From: Eledone cirrhosa
Taxonomy: Eukaryota
Direction of reading: 5' to 3'
DNA: 64,000 bases
Assembly: GCA_964016885.1 (NCBI GenBank)
Contig: OZ024756.1
Location: 18,104,001-18,168,000 of the forward strand
Part shown: positions 11,138 through 22,733 of the stretch, piece by piece
Layout of the letters: each line of letters begins with the position of its first letter
Position numbering within the stretch: the stretch's first letter is position 1
The notes under the pieces: generated by a model
What the model saw: the letters and a program-made list of their open reading frames with translations, nothing else
Database searches by the model: none
What the model was told of the DNA's origin: nothing
Made by a program: the position numbers and the translations under genes

Positions 11138-11366
11138 TTAACCCTTTAGCATTTAAACCAGCCATATGTGACCAGAATTCTCTCACCTTTTTCTGTTCAA
11201 ACCAGCTGTAACTGGCCTCTCATACTGATGTTAAGGTATTGTTCTCAAAATAAATAATATCAAAATGTCATAGATTTAATATTATGTGAAATAATTATGT
11301 GAGGTAAAGCCTTTTCTTTGAAAATACAATAGTAAATATAGAATAATGTAAATGCTAAAGGGTTAA
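11138..11366. mobile_element. piggyBac-like MITE
   Basis: TTAA-CCCTTTAGCATTTA ... TAAATGCTAAAGGG-TTAA: terminal inverted repeats with TTAA TSD. Confidence 0.9.
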
Positions 11367-11369
11367 TAT

Positions 11370-11640
11370 ATTAGGACAATACGATGGGGCTTATGTTGAC
11401 GCTGAAAATACCAGCCAAAACCGTCTGACAAGGTTCCTTCCTCAGTCGGGCCGCCGATGCTCCAATCTTGCAGAAGAGCTCGGCAGTATGGGGTCCAAGC
11501 AAGTGCGCCTAAGGTCTCAACAGCGACCGGTGCGAAGAGGAAGCGGCCAGACAAACCCCGATATTTGTTTATTTTACGTTCTTCTGTGAGGCAGGCTTGT
11601 GGCTGATGCCAGGGTTTGTGGCTGAAGTGACGACTGGTGC
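11370..11640 (-). mobile_element. Remnant of an RLE-type (CRE-like) non-LTR retrotransposon C-terminus
   Basis: Translation EERKINKYRGLSGRFLFAPVAVETLG matches the K..KY ... P...E..G restriction-like endonuclease motif. Confidence 0.7.
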
Positions 11641-11841
11641 TATGATAAGACTCATCCAGTACACTCTGTAAAGTGGTAGTGTCGGTGTCATGAGAAAATG
11701 GCGATGATGGTGATGATGACGACAGCGATGGTGGTGGTGATGGTGGTATTGTGGATGTTGATGATGATGATGATGATGACGTTAATGATGCAAAGAATGA
11801 ACATTAATGTTCATTAATGTTCATTCTTTGCATCATTCTTT

Positions 11842-12150
11842 GGTAGATTGGCAGTATCGGTAGAGGGTCGGACGCCATGCTTTGATTGACGCATATTGAG
11901 TTACGGCCCTTGTCATTCTGAGTTCAAATCCTGCTGAGGTTAGCTTTGCCTTTCATCCTTACAGGGTCGGTAAAATAAAGTACCAGTAATGCACTGGGAT
12001 AATTGTTGGCCTTGTGCCAAAAGTAGAAACAATTAATTGTTTCTACTTTTGGCACAAGGCCAGCAATTACCCAGTGTATTACTGGTACTTTATTTTATCG
12101 ACCCCATAAGGATGAAAGGCAAAGTTAACCAAAAGTAGAAACAATTAATG
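11842..12150. mobile_element. Tail-to-tail SINE B pair: a truncated minus copy inserted at the 3' end of a plus copy
   Basis: ~190-bp inverted repeat centred on caattaattg (12030-12039). ~20-bp duplication caaaagtagaaacaattaat at 12018 and 12130. Confidence 0.85.
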
Positions 12151-12274
12151 AACATTAACAAGAATAATCTTGTTTGATGATTCAAAATATTTATTTCTGA
12201 AATTCCCAATATAGTTATAAACCTTTTTCATTGGTAAATAATATCATTGCAACTATATTGTTCCAATGCATTAA

Positions 12275-12780
12275 TGCTTGAGTGTTGAGTCTAACATCTG
12301 TAGTGTAGGTATACAAGGAACTATTTTGTTCCTACAGCAATTGCATGAGTGTTGAGTCTAACATTTTTAGTGTAGGTATACAAGGAACTATTTTGTTCCC
12401 ACAGCAATTGCATGAGTGCTGAGTCTAACATTTTTAGTGTAGGTATACAAGGAACTATTTTGTTCCTACAGCAATTGCATGAGTGCTGAGTCTAACATTT
12501 TTAGTGTAGGTATACAAGGAACTATTTTCTTCCCACAATATTGCATGAGTGCTGAGTCTAACATTTTTAGTGTAGGTATACAAGGAACTATTTTCTTCCC
12601 ACAATATTGCATGAGTGCTGTGTTTAACATCAGTAGTGTAAGTATACAAGGAACCATTTTGTTCCCACAATAATGCATGAGTGCTGAGTCTAACCTTTTT
12701 AGTGAAGGTATACAAGGAACTACTTTGTTCCAACATGCATGAGTGCTGAGTCTAACATCTTTAGTATAAGTATACAACAC
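12275..12780. repeat. Minisatellite, 66-bp unit, ~7.5 copies
   Basis: Unit gagtgctgagtctaacatttttagtgtaggtatacaaggaactattttgttcccacagcaattgcat. ORFs show a 22-aa period. Confidence 0.95.
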
Positions 12781-12905
12781 ATGCATGCCCACTTCACTTC
12801 TATCTCACTTCTACCAACTATAGGACTGTACCTGTAAACATTTGTAAATACCTGTAAATACATACATATCATCACAATACAACAAAATCAATCATAATGT
12901 CCACC

Positions 12906-14027
12906 TCATCTATCAATCTCTACATATTCATAGTACTTCGCCAGCTCGAAATTCACCATCCTCAACAAATACTCAGCTTTTGTTCCCATCTCTTCTTCCT
13001 CCAACATTTTCTTCTGTTTCGTCTGCTGCTTTTCAAAGAAATACAATCTCTGTACCATCTTCTTTTCCAGTTCCTTCAGCTCAGCTAATTCCAGTTTTTC
13101 CAGGTTACACCCTTCCATCATCCCCCAATGTTCTTGTTTAAGCTGCTCAGACATCCAATGTCTCTTCTGTTTCTCTCCTTTCCCTTCCGGTGTAATCTGC
13201 TCTTCTATTTCACTCAGCTGCTGTGTCACACAATTATTTTCTTCTTTCATCTCTTGCATCGACAATTTTATCTTCTCCTTCAACTTTCTTTCTTCCTCAC
13301 TCAATATCTTCTTCTCTTTCATCAACCAATCCCAATTTTTCAGATTCAGCTTTAACTGTTTCATTAGTTTGCTCATCTGAGGTCTCTGCAGTTCTTCCAT
13401 TTTCTCCATCTCCAGTCTTTCCTCTTTCTTCAACTCTTCAGTTATCTTCTTATTCTGTCTCTTCATTTACTTCATCACTTTTTCATCTAGTTTATTCAAC
13501 TGCTGGTTCATCTGCTCTGCTTCCTCTTTCAGCACCTCTATTACCATGTCCATCATTTCCTTTTTAACCTGTGCCACATCTTTATTCCAGTTGTTCTGCA
13601 CATTCTCTTCCTCTTCAGATGTCTCATTCTCTTCTTCTTCAGATATCTCATTCTCTTCTTCTTCTTCGTCTTCTTCGTCTTCTTCTTCTTCTTCTTCTTC
13701 TTCTTCTTCTTCTTCTTCTTCTTCTTCTTCTTCTTCACACTTCGACTCCTCCTCAGCCTTAGCCATCACTTCTTTCTTCAGCTTTGCTTCCATGAAATCC
13801 TTGTAAAAATCTTCCTCGTTTATAAAGAAATTCTTTGTACGAGGAGAGAGATTCATATGTGCCTTATATGTAAGGTTGGAGTCAGGTCTGACAGAGTTTT
13901 CCCTGCAGTGACCCAAGAAGAGTTTGCTTAAAAACCATCTGGTGTAACAAATGAAACGGGCCAAAGGTCCTCTTCGACGTAGTATAAGTTCTGTTGACAT
14001 TTGTGGCATTTGAAGTTCTTCTTCCAT
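12906..14027 (-). pseudogene. Intronless Glu/Lys/Met-rich coiled-coil gene interrupted by one in-frame TAA (13469-13467)
   Basis: ORFs 13467-14045 and 12906-13466 abut in the same frame (AAG TAA ATG AAG). Heptad-like composition continues across the stop. Poly-E comes from (GAA)n. Confidence 0.65.
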
Positions 14028-14106
14028 CAAACACGTAAAATACAAAATATAACAGAAATAAACACACCAAAAATAGAGAAAAGAAGGCTGGAAGGAAGTA
14101 GACTGA

Positions 14107-14853
14107 TTAACCCTTTCATTACCATATTTCTAATGAAAGACCCTGTCTATGTCATTAACCCTTTCATTATTATATTTCTAATGAAATACCTTGTCTATGT
14201 CATTAACCCTTTCATCACCATATTTCTAATGAAAGACACTGTCTATGTCATTAACCCTTTCATCACAATATTTCTAATGAAAGACACTACCTATGATTTT
14301 AACCCTTTCATTACCATATTTCTAATGAAAGACACTGTCTATGTCATTAACCCTTTCATCACAATATTTCTAATGAAAGACACTACCTATGTTTTTAACC
14401 CTTTCATTACCATATTTCTAATGAAAGACACTGTCTATGTCATTAACCCTTTCATTACTATATTTCTAATGAAAGACCCTGTCTATGTCATTAACCCTTT
14501 CATTACCATATTTCTAATGAAAGACACTGTCTATGTCTTTAACCCTTTCATTACCATATTTCTAATGAAAGACACTGTCTATGTCTTTAACCCTTTCATT
14601 ACCATATTTCTAATGAAAGACACTACCTATGTCTTTAACCCTGTCATTACCATATTTCTAATGAAAGACACTGCCTGTGCCATTAACCCTTTCATTACCA
14701 TATTTCTAATGAATGAAAGACTGCCTATGTCTTTAACCCTTTCATTACCATATTTCTAATGAAAGACCCTGTCTATGTCATTAACCCTTTCATCACCATA
14801 TTTCTAATGAAAGACCCTGTCTATGTCATTAACCCTTTCATTACCATATTTCT
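14107..14853. repeat. 48-bp tandem array (~15.5 copies) derived from a piggyBac-like MITE terminus
   Basis: Unit TTAACCCTTTCATTACCATATTTCTAATGAAAGACACTGTCTATGTCA. Single copies start elements at 56798 and ~56991. Confidence 0.9.
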
Positions 14854-15039
14854 AGATAAATATAAACTCTTTAAAAGAAACAGTTTTGTATCATAGAACC
14901 AGCAATGGTTTGGGGTGGTTTAGTAGTTGAAGGGTTAGTATATCAGTTAATTAGTTATATTAATTAAAATGTGATAAATATAAGTGTAATGTAATTCAGG
15001 GGAGACAAGTAATTAAACTGTCAGATATGTAAAGGAAGG

Positions 15040-15670
15040 AATGTGGGAAGAGAGAGATAGGGGGGGGGGGTGAAGGAGGACAGAAAGAGAGAGAGAGAAA
15101 GAGTGAATGTAGAGGGAAAAGAAGAGAGTGAAAGAAGAAATAGAGAGGGATAGAATGAAGAGGAAAGAGGAGAAGAGAGGGGTGGGGGGGATAGAAGAGA
15201 GAGATAGTGTGGGAGAGGAGGGAGAAAGAGAGTGAGAGAGTGAAAGAGGAGGAAAAGAAAGAGAGAGTGAGAGAAAAAGGAAAAAGAGTGAAGAGAGAAT
15301 GAAGGAGTGAGAGGAGAGAGAGAGAGCAGAGAGCGAGAAGTGAAAGAGAGTGAGAAAGGAGGAAAGAGAGAAAGTGAAAGAGGAGGAAATGAAAGAGAGA
15401 GTGAGAGGAGAGAAAAAGAGTGTAAGAGAGAGGGAGAGAGAGAGTGAAGGGGAAAGAGGAGAAGAGAGAGATAGAGCAAGAGAGGAGGGAGAAAGAGAGT
15501 GAAAAAGGAGGAAGAACAAAGTGAGAGAGGAAGAAATGAAAGAGAGAGTGAGAGGAGAGAAAGAGAGGGAAAGAGAGAATAAGGAAAGAAGAGAGAGAGG
15601 AGGAGAGAAGAGAGTGAGAAGGAGGAAAGAGAGAGAGAGGAGTGAAGGGAAAAGAGAAGAAAAAAGAGAT
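15040..15670. repeat. GA-rich low-complexity tract
   Basis: Read directly from the sequence. Confidence 0.9.
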
Positions 15671-15997
15671 AGTATAAGCTGATAAATTATCAGTAAATTG
15701 ATAAAAACTAATTATGATACTAATTAATTAATTCAATGAATAGTTAATGGGTAATATATAAAATATCAACTGCGAATAATTTGAAGCGCCAATTCTGAAG
15801 AAAGAATTGAAATGATAAAATGTTCAAGACATATTTAGAAATTGTTATGTCATAATTACCTCTCTTGTATTATGACATAATTCTTGACATCCTGTACCAA
15901 ACAAAACAATCAGTAAGACATTCTTAAAAAGTACAAAATGTAAATGGCAGGCCCCAGCATGGTCTCAGCCTTTCAGCTGGAACGCCTTATAGAATAG

Positions 15998-16192
15998 TTG
16001 TTTCTACTTTTGGCACAAGGCCAGTAATAACCCCCCCCCCCCCCCGTGCATTACTGGTATTTTATTTTATTGACCCCCATAAAGATGAAAGGCAAAGTTA
16101 ACCTGGTGGGATTTGAACTTAGAACGTAAAGGACCATAACTCTATGCTGCAAAGAATGGTGTCTGACACTCTACCAATACTGCCAATCCACA
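15998..16192 (-). mobile_element. SINE family B
   Basis: Full head-to-tail match to the family consensus. Confidence 0.85.
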
Positions 16193-16313
16193 CATAATAG
16201 AATAATACATGCATGCATGCCCTTGTGTGCTGTAAGCAGTGTGCTGAGTCGGTGTTTATCCCGGTTTCATGGCGATTGAGAGTATAAGACAGGATGCCAG
16301 TCCATTGCAGGAT

Positions 16314-16985
16314 TAACCTCCCTTTAGCATTCATATTACTCTCTATATACTATTGTATTTTCATGATAAACGCTTTACCTCACGTAATATTGAATCTATG
16401 AGATTTTGAAAGTATTTATTTTGAGAACAATAGCTTAACATCAGTTTGAGCAACCAGTTACATCCAGTTTCTACAGAAGGAGGTAGAGAATTCTGGCCAG
16501 TTTTGGCCAATTTGAACATCAAAAGGTTAAACTGGCTGTATCCGGTGAGAATTCTGTCCAAACTGGTCATAGCTAGCCACTCATACTGATGTTAAGGTAT
16601 TGTTCTCAAAATAAATAACATCAAAATCTCGTAGGTTCGATATTATGTGAGATATTATGTGATATTATTGTGACACAGAGGAGACTGAGGTTAGCTGGAC
16701 ATGCTCACCGACATCCAGAGTTGACATTGCACTCAGTGCTCCTGTGGAAGCCCCTACATGGACACACTGGAAGAGGAAGACAAAGGTTAACGTATGTTGA
16801 TGCCCTAAGGACAGACACTGGTCTGTTGGAGACGCAGGACATGGCAGCGATAATGAGAGACAGAGACCGCTGGAGAGAACTCGTCCATGGATCTCGGGAA
16901 TTTTACCCACCCTAGATAGATAGATATTGTTTACTACAAAAATACAATAGTAAATATAGAGTAATGTAAATGCTTAAAGGTTAAA
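16314..16985. mobile_element. Two abutting or rearranged piggyBac-like MITE copies, the second interrupted by a LINE tail
   Basis: Same internal sequence as 11138-11366 in both orientations. Ends in ...aaaggttaa. Confidence 0.65.
16668..16925 (+). mobile_element. 3' end of an RTE/RTE-X LINE with (GATA)n tail
   Basis: RRLRLAGHAHRHPE..LLWKPLHG..GRGRQRLTYVDAL..MRDRDRWR, then stop and tagatagataga. Confidence 0.85.
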
Positions 16986-17150
16986 CCTCCAGCTATTGCT
17001 GGTACTCATTTTCAGATGAGTATACTAAAGTAACGTGAAATGAAGTGTTTTTGCTCTAAGAACACAACATGCAACTTAGCCCAGGAATCGAACCCACGAC
17101 ATTATGATCGTAAGTCTAGCACCCTTACCACTAGGCCACATACCTTCATA
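16986..17150 (-). mobile_element. tRNA-derived SINE family C (CORE-like)
   Basis: tggcctagtggtaag, gggttcgattcc, and the aatgagtacc body. Confidence 0.7.
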
Positions 17151-17300
17151 GAATAATAGAACAATAGAATTCTTTGGTGAGTATGATAAACAGCAGTTTA
17201 ACCATTTTGGTACCAAAGTGACTGGAATCCCCCCCCCCCCCCCACCCTGCCTAGTTCTTACAATGCACATTTTTATTATTTTTATTTTTTTGTTTTAAAC

Positions 17301-17933
17301 CAGAGTTTCTCAAAGTGGGATGGGGGCATTGAGAAGGTCCAGGGAGACGCTGGGGCCTAAATATCAAATGATACATCGTCACCATCATCGTTTAACGTCC
17401 AACTTCCATACTAGCATGGGTTAGACGGTTTTGTTCCATTTGATGTGGGAATGGTCGGGAGATGGTATCTCACTCGTGCGGAACTGTCTCTGGCAGATTT
17501 TCTGTGGCTGGACGCCCTTCCTAAATACCAACCACTTTTACAGTGTGGACTGGGAGCCTTTTTACCGTGTCTCCTACACGACCACTTTACAGTGTTGACT
17601 GGGTGCTTTTTGTTGTGTCACCTACACAGTGGACGGAAATGGGAGGATGGGGTATGGTGTGTAGGGTGGGGTGTATATTTGGTTAAGAGGGGCCTAACGA
17701 CTGTAGGTTTGTCTTCTGTACAACTGCATATATAGTAAAATATAGTAAAATAAAAAATATATTATATTTATTTATACATAATATATATTATATATAAATT
17801 AACGATTTTATTTATTATATATTATTTACAATATGCGTGTAGGCAGGTCTGTTTGTAAATAGGGTTGGCAGGCTCTGAGGACATTACGTAGCCGTGAGGG
17901 GGGTGGGGGTGACCTGAGACGTTTGAGAACCTG
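17301..17933. mobile_element. hAT-type MITE with perfect 8-bp TSD and a nested SINE/RTE tail fragment
   Basis: TTTTAAAC|CAGAGTTTCTCAAA ... TTTGAGAACCTG|TTTTAAAC. Confidence 0.75.
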
Positions 17934-18161
17934 TTTTAAACTGTTTATATTTGACCTGAGCAGGATTTGAACTCAGGGAGCTTTAATAGTCGCTTTAATT
18001 CTTGACGTCCTGTACCACACAAAACCGCATTAGTGAGACATTTTTAAAAAGTACAAAACAGCCACTATGACTATGACATCACATTTAAAATTGAAGTCTT
18101 TAATTTATAGTTTATTGCAGATTTTTACAACAATTTGTCTGCAAATAAAGATACTGAAAAC

Positions 18162-18563
18162 CAGGGGTGGGCAAACTTTTTGGATCAGGGGCCACATTGA
18201 CTGGGTCATGAACACCAGAAGGCCCCACCATTTATTATTGGATATTGTGTGTCAGTAACCTTACTTTTCTTCAGTTAGAATTTAGAAAATATAAAATATA
18301 AACTGCATCATTATAATGCATAAATTAATAAAATGATTAAATACAAAAATCTTAAAACAAAGTTTTCTTTTAATTTGTGTCTGTACATCACAAAACATAC
18401 CAGAACAAAAACGTAACTAGATCTAGTCTTGGCTTAAGTATTATATACGAAAATTTGTTGATTTTTTTTTTTTTTTATTAATTTGCCGAATGCTTTCACG
18501 TGCCATACAAAGTTCTTTGGTGGGCTGCATTTTGGCCTGCAGGCCATAATTTGCCCATCACTG
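18162..18563. mobile_element. hAT (Charlie-like) MITE
   Basis: TIRs CAGGGGTGGGCAAA / TTTGCCCATCACTG. TSD CTGAAAAC / CTGTAAAC with one mismatch. Confidence 0.8.
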
Positions 18564-18789
18564 CTGTAAACATTTGAATTAACAAAGCTGTCTTTAGATA
18601 TTTTCTGCCAATTCATTACAAGATGTTAAAGGTCTCTTAACGACCTGTACTATTTGAAACTGCATTAGTAAGACATTCTTAAAAAGTATAAAACAACACT
18701 ATAACTGTATCACATTAAAATTTCAAGTTCTAACTTAGTTTATTCACAACAATTTGAAGATTTTCACAACAATTTGTCCACTAATATTT

Positions 18790-19500
18790 ACATGATGGTT
18801 TGACTTGAATGTGCTGGTGACCTGCAGGATGGTGCTGTGCCAAGCATTGCGGTCAGCAGCCAGACAGGTCCATTGCTGGGGGTTGATGTGACATGTTTTC
18901 ATGGTCTTTTTAACATGTCTTTATACTGCTTCTTGGACACACTGCTGTTTTGACTGCCAGAAGACAATTCTTCGTAGATCACAATCTTTGGCAGGTGGTG
19001 ATCTACCATTCTGGAGACATGTCCTACCCAGCACATCCATGTCTTCATAAGACTGGCCTCGATAGTGTTGGCTCTCTTGAGGACCTCTGTGTTGGTGACA
19101 TGTTCTTTTCAATGAATGTTTAGTGTGCTGCACAGACACCATTGGTGGAATCTCTCCAGGAGATAGGTGTGACATCGATACAAAACTCATGTCTCAGAGC
19201 CGTATAAAGTTGAGCTGCCCACCAAAGTTCCTTGCCATGATTGCCCAGCTCTGTGACAGACAGCTTGGTAGAGTCAGACTAGGAAATGACCTGTCTTAGC
19301 CCTTCTAAATCAGTAACAGCATGAAGCAGGGTTGTGTTCTCACTCCAACTCTGTTCTCCTTATTTTTTAGCATGATGCTGAAGCAAGCCATGAAAGATCT
19401 GCAAGGGGACGAGAGGGTCTACATTAGATTTTGCACTAATGGAAGCCTCTTCAACCTGCAACGATTGCAGGCTCACACCAAGACCACTGAAAAACTGAAA
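18790..19500. mobile_element. RTE-BovB-like LINE remnant with an inverted 5' segment
   Basis: Minus 18790-19200 encodes an RT C-terminus (LGRHVSRM..LPK....EL). Plus 19290-19500 encodes KQGCVLTPTLFSLFFSMML..YIRF.TNGSLFNL.RL.AHTK. Confidence 0.8.
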
Positions 19501-19772
19501 CCATAGTGATTTCCAAAGGTTGACTGAGGAGATAGGACTGTCCATCTTTCCACTGTTTTTTTCCATTGTCTTTATCCTGTGAGCCCGTTTTGAATTCATA
19601 TTCTAAAGACTTAGTCATATATGCTTTTTTTGCAACTATATATATAACCAAAATTAAATTAAGGATGTCATGTCTGAGAAACATGCGCCATACCACCTGT
19701 AGAATAAGCTCAAAGATTCTAAGAGATAAATCAAAGCATTTATTAGCATTAAATTAAAAATCGATTGACATA

Positions 19773-20193
19773 TATACATATAAAATAAACACATCAAACA
19801 ATTACAGGGGATAATTTGTAAAGAGTGTAAACACACATAGTTACATAGGTAACATATTAAAAATTAATGAGAACCTCAAATGTAGATACCTTGCAATAAG
19901 GATTAATCTCCTTTATACATATTTCATTAAAGAAATATATTTCACCATTAATCGACAAATCACAGATGTTAAATCCCGGATCATCAGCAAAGGAGGAGCT
20001 TTAACTATCTGTGATTACACACTAAAAGCAAATGTGGAAATGACGAAAAGCATGTGTGGTTTTTTTTTTTAAATACACATCTTTGCCGATGATTCAGGAT
20101 TTAATATCTGTGATTTGCCGATTAATGGTGAAATATACACTCTTTACAAATTATCCCCTGTAATTGTTTGATGTGTTTATTTTATATATATAT
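19773..20193. mobile_element. Foldback (long inverted-repeat) element in a TA context
   Basis: 19773-19829 plus 19935-19993 are the reverse complement of 20081-20193. Confidence 0.8.
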
Positions 20194-20220
20194 CAGGATG
20201 TGTTTATTTTATATATATAT

Positions 20221-20566
20221 GGAGGCACATGGCTTAGTGGTTAGAGCATTGGACTTGCAATCGAAAGGTTGTGAGTTCAATTCTCAGACCGGGCGATGTG
20301 TTGTTTCCTTGAGCAAGACACTTTATTTCACATTGCTCCAGTTTACTCAGCTGTAGAAATGAGATGATAGGGACTGGGGCCCATATCATATCCACTGCAA
20401 AGTGGTCGTACAGGTGCCACGGCAAAAAAGCACCCAGTACTCACTGTAAATGAGGTTGGTGTTAGGAAGGGCATCCAGCTGTAGAAATCAAGCCAGAATC
20501 AGTTCCCATCCCACCCTTGCAAGCAGGGAAAAAGCGGACGTAAAATGAAATGATGATGATGATGAT
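20221..20566 (+). mobile_element. Full-length SINE family A
   Basis: Near-identical to the copies at 7083, 32478, 33650 and 59792. Confidence 0.9.
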
Positions 20567-20589
20567 CAATCCAATCGATTTTTATTTAA

Positions 20590-21230
20590 CACTATATACA
20601 GACTAAATAATGACATGAGAAAAAAGAAAAGTACCCAGTCCACACTGTAAGGTGCTCGTGCTGGTGACACAACAAAAAGCATCGACTCCACACTGTAACG
20701 TGGTCGTGTTGGTGACATGACAAAAAGCAGCCAGTTCACCCTGTAACATGATGGTAGGAAGGGCATGCAGCCATAGAAACCAAACCAAAATACAGATCCA
20801 TATGAGCACATGGTCTCTGGACTTTACTTTTCTCATAATGTGACAACCCATCTAACCCATACAAACGTGTAAATGGACATATGATGATGATGATAATGAT
20901 ATATATATATATATCATCATCATCATCATCATCATCAACGTTTAACGTCCGTGTTCCACGCTTGCATGGGTTTGGACGGGGGTAGTCCCACTTGAGGCAA
21001 GAGTGATTGTCTTGCTCGCATAGGACTGTCTGGCAGGTTTTCTACAGTTGGATGCCCTTACTAACACCAACCACATTTACAGTGTGGGTCTGGGAGGTTT
21101 TTACCGTGTTGCCTACACGGCCACATTACAGCGTGGACTGTGTGTTTTTTTGTCGTGACATCTACACGATCTCATTTGTTTCGGCCTATGGCGCGGCACC
21201 AACATAACTTTACATAGAACGGGGTGGTGT
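20590..21230. mobile_element. Two RTE-tailed SINE fragments in opposite orientation
   Basis: aggaagggcat..cagc tails. 20940-21140 is nearly the reverse complement of 27363-27563. Confidence 0.7.
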
Positions 21231-21283
21231 GGATGGGGTGGGGGGGGGGGGTGTATTTTGTTAGAGATGCCTACATAAATATA

Positions 21284-21331
<48 letters not shown>

Positions 21332-21512
21332 CTTATATATATATTTTCCTTTTTCACATTCACCGATAGTTTACTACACACACACATATATATAAAAAGG
21401 TGTGTGTGTGTGTGTGTGTGTGTGTATATCTATATATACACATATATATATGCTTTATACATACATTGTAGTGCACCTGAGCTCTGTACACAATAATTTC
21501 ATAATTATTATT

Positions 21513-21557
<45 letters not shown>

Positions 21558-21974
21558 GTGTGTGTGCTTAACAGCATCTTAATAGACTGATGTATGGGTG
21601 TCTTCTGTCATCTTGTTTTAGTAAGATGTTGACAAAGGAGAGTAGTGGGGTGGGGTGGGGTGGGGGAGACGAGGTTGATTCGTTGCCATGACGATGATGT
21701 GGGATCACACAAGCACTATATAGAAGTACATACAGGTGGGTGTAAGCTGGGGGAGTGTTTTGCGTGGGAGAAAATGAGGTAATAGTTGGCGTTGTTGTTG
21801 TTGTTCTGTGTACGTGGCTTGGAAATAGATGCGTGGGTGTGTTGCTGTCTGTCTGACTATTTGTGTCTGTGTAGGTGGGTGTATGTGTGGCTATTTGGCT
21901 GTCTGTCTGGATATGTGACTGTTTGTCCGCCTGTGTGGGTGTGTGTGAGAGTGAGAGAGGAGATCACGCTTTGA

Positions 21975-22050
<76 letters not shown>

Positions 22051-22353
22051 GTAATGTAGTTACTAACTAAAATACATCGAGCTAAAACACACCTGTGAAA
22101 TGAGTAAAACCTATTTCTTACTCTCATAAGTACTATATATATATATAGAGAGAGAGAAAATGCAGGTATAACTGTAATCACAGTTGTTGCCATAAATAAT
22201 ATCTTAGAAAATCGAGTAATATAAACCTTTATAAACGCCACCAATAATCGAACTTCGTATGTATATGTATACACACACCCACATATATATATATATTTAT
22301 ATATATATATACAATATATTAATAAATGGAAACTATATTTATAAAACCATAAT

Positions 22354-22418
22354 TATTTTATTATATATATTTCAAGGGCGACCAAGCCAGTCTTGGTGCG
22401 CTTTCATCAGATAAAATA
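22354..22418 (-). ncRNA. Type I hammerhead ribozyme motif (family 2)
   Basis: tattttat CTGATGA aagcgc-accaag-actgg-cttggt-cgccctt GAAA tatata TA ataaaata. Stem I is a perfect 8 bp and stem III is palindromic. Confidence 0.8.
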
Positions 22419-22613
22419 CAAAATTTGTTTTATAAATAGTGACATAACCATGGAAAACAAACAACCTTGACGGTTGAAAATTCGCTGGATATATATATAC
22501 ACACATATATATATATATATATATATAATATATATATATATATATAATACATATATATATATATTATATATATATATATATATTATATATATATATTATA
22601 TATATATATATAT

Positions 22614-22733
<120 letters not shown>

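Noticed and set aside
12275-12792. 66-bp array as CRISPR or coding repeat
   Set aside because: No spacers, open on both strands, and degenerate at the edges, so it is a minisatellite.
14001-14759. 252-aa repeat protein or CRISPR-like array
   Set aside because: It is a head-to-tail 48-bp tandem repeat with no unique spacers and no cas genes. The ORF follows from a unit length divisible by 3.
20221-20295. tRNA gene
   Set aside because: A and B boxes are present, but the sequence continues into a multi-copy SINE body and lacks a proper acceptor stem.
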